Part shown: positions 61,946-64,000 of the stretch, piece by piece
Layout of the letters: each line of letters begins with the position of its first letter
How positions within the stretch are numbered: position 1 is the stretch's first letter
DNA from: Felis catus
Lineage: Eukaryota
Assembly (NCBI RefSeq): GCF_018350175.1
Contig: NC_058368.1
Location: 137,580,001 to 137,644,000, forward strand
Reading direction: 5' to 3'
Length of the DNA: 64,000 nt
The notes under the pieces: model-generated
Told to the model about the DNA's origin: nothing
What the model saw: the letters and a program-made list of their open reading frames with translations, nothing else
Database searches by the model: none
Made by a program: the position numbers and the translations under genes

Positions 61946-62552
61946 GGACAGAGAGAGACAGAGCATGAACGGGGGAGGGGCAGAGAGAGAGGGAGACACA
62001 GAATCGGAAACAGGCTCCAGACTCTGAGCCATCAGCCCAGAGCCTGACGCGGGGCTCGAACTCTCGGACTGCGAGATCGTGACCTGGCTGAAGTCGGACG
62101 CTTAACCGACTGCGCCACCCAGGCGCCCCGGTCATTTTTTTTTTAAATCAACATGCATTGCATTAGTTTCACGTATACCACATAGTTACTATCCATCACC
62201 ATGGATAGTTACATAATTTTTCTTGTGATGAGAACTTTTAAGATGTACTCTCTTGGCACCTTGCAAATATACAATACATTGCTGGTATTTTTGAAGGGGC
62301 ACCGTGAGGCTGGTCTGGGTGTGTTGCAGGGGGACGCCTAGAAATTGGAACTGTCACAGCCAGAATGATGAAATCTACTGACAGTAACAGCAAGCAAAAC
62401 AGGAAATAGTAATTTCTTTCTCTTGCAGTCTCCCTCCAGTGCGCCCTATGGGCAGAGCCTAACATGGAGCCACCTGGCAAAGGAAAAATCTCCTTGGTAG
62501 AGTCTTCGCTAAAGCAGAGTACCTAAGGATGGTTTGGAGCTTAGTTACCAGC
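61438..62552. mobile_element. Nested ancient LTR-like sequence with a MER21-like LTR piece (~61690-61880), a SINE and an L1 3' fragment (~62140-62290)
   Basis: tgtatcagtcaggatccagttagg start; gttatatcctttcataataaaccagtgatctagtaa; families not resolved. Confidence 0.45.
61916..62129 (-). mobile_element. Young felid SINEC_Fc with TSD ggtcattttttttt
   Basis: Near-consensus antisense copy. Confidence 0.95.
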
Positions 62553-64000
62553 ATAGGGGTCTTTTTTTTTCTCATCCTAAAATAATCTTATTGTTTTAAA
62601 TGTCTCTTTCCATGATGAAATACATTAATGGCTGAAATATCAGGCAATCTACTCAAATGTAAATGTAACACCGTACGTAATTCTAGACGTTATCTACATA
62701 TGCAAATCATGTATACATAAGAATTAAATTAAGCACATCATTAATTAAGTAGGATCTAAACTAAGAAATGACTAAAGTCAAAATGACTTTAGAGGGAAAA
62801 GCAGAGTCAGATGTTATTTTGTGGTCGTGGGTGTCCAGGGCCCCGCTGCCATGAAGCTGCAGTGGTCAAATATGCAAGTGACCCCAGGCCCTGGAGCTCA
62901 GCATCATTTTCTTGATTGACTATAACCTGGTTGTTAAAAGGGTGAAATGATACCATGCATATTAAATATCCAGAATCATGCCTGGTCCATAATATGTTCA
63001 ATGAACCCTAACACTTTTTTTCGGATATAAGCACTGGGTTCCCCGCCTCCCCCTTCATTCTGTTCATGTATTACATTGATTGGCTTTTGAATGTTGAACT
63101 ATCCTTGCATTCCAAGAATAAATCCCACTTGGTTGTCATAGCACATAATCATTTTAATATGCTGTTGAATTCAGTTTGTTAGGGGTTTGTTTTGTTTTGT
63201 TTTTTAATTGTTATTTACCATATACACAGAGTTTGAGCTTTTGGAGGGAGAAGCTAAATCAAGGTGACCTTGAAAGTGTAACAAGAGAATTTCCTGGACT
63301 GTCTGCTGTGAAAGTCATTCCAGTTTTGCTCTCATGGGGTATTTTCATAAAGGCGATCCCTCCGCCCTGCTCCTTCAGTGTTCCCAGTTACTCTCTTAGC
63401 TGCAAGTGGACATAGCTACAGACAAATGAAAAATATAAACTGAGTGGTTTAGAAGAAGAATTTTGAGAGCCTAGCTTTTTCTAAATGCCAAGGACTGTTT
63501 CAACTGTTAACTCAGGGATTAAGAGCATGAAAAGAATGTCAGGCTAGCTGATCAGAATTTTTATGATTAGAGAGAAAAGCTGGCTTCTCTGGGTCTTTGA
63601 TCTAGCTCAGCGGGAAAAGCGGCAGAGAGCTTCAAATGCACCACCAGCCCATCTGGCTGCTTAAGGACACATCTGGGACGATATCCGAGGGGGGTCACCT
63701 GCTTGCTTTCCCAGCTGGAAATGAAGTCAGAGATTACAGGCCTTGTCCCGTAGCAGAGGGGAGGTGTTTTGGGTGGGAAACAAAGTCCACTGGTCTTCCA
63801 GCAGCTCTTGGGATTAACTTGGAGTAGGTTAACAAAGATTCCGATGATAAAAGCCACTCGGGGCATTCACACTTCCTTGGAAGTTTTGATTCTGTTGGTC
63901 TGAGTTAGGAACTTAGATTTTGCCCTTAAAGAAAGTGGCCCTGGTGATTTGTATCATTAGGAAAGTTTGGAAGCCTCGTCTAGGGCAAGAGAGCAACTCT

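Noticed and set aside
3461..62129. Recurrent ~200-bp repeats as tRNA genes or a CRISPR-like array
   Set aside because: They are dispersed tRNA-derived CanSINEs with poly-A tails and TSDs; there is no repeat-spacer periodicity or cas gene

Overview
Mammalian nuclear DNA, almost certainly a felid: it is dense in carnivore tRNA-derived CanSINEs, including young Felidae-type SINEC_Fc copies. It contains one complete protein-coding gene, TMEM171 (+ strand). The gene has a CpG-island promoter and non-coding exon 1 (~24.3-24.5 kb) and coding exons 26714-27353, 31120-31261 and 32990/32993-33188, giving a 326/325-aa 4-TM protein. The rest is mostly transposon-derived: a young L1 3' half at 1-3170, older L1M/L2/MIR, MaLR/ERV LTRs, MER58/MER5A/Tigger DNA transposons and about 30 SINEs. 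Notable observations: (i) TMEM171 appears to be a tandem duplication of a 2-TM hairpin, followed by a tail with three PPxY motifs, suggesting a NEDD4-family adaptor or transporter-accessory protein; (ii) an old chimeric mitochondrial insertion (NUMT, ~4.5-5.7 kb) joins ND1 directly to OL-tRNA-Cys-tRNA-Tyr-COX1, and its tRNA-Leu may be split by an L1; (iii) a NAGNAG acceptor, a fold-back micro-rearrangement, a candidate 3' enhancer/CTCF cluster and a probable hAT-Charlie transposase fossil. No prokaryotic-type system (CRISPR etc.) is present. Repeat subfamily names are by-eye recognitions and were not checked against databases.
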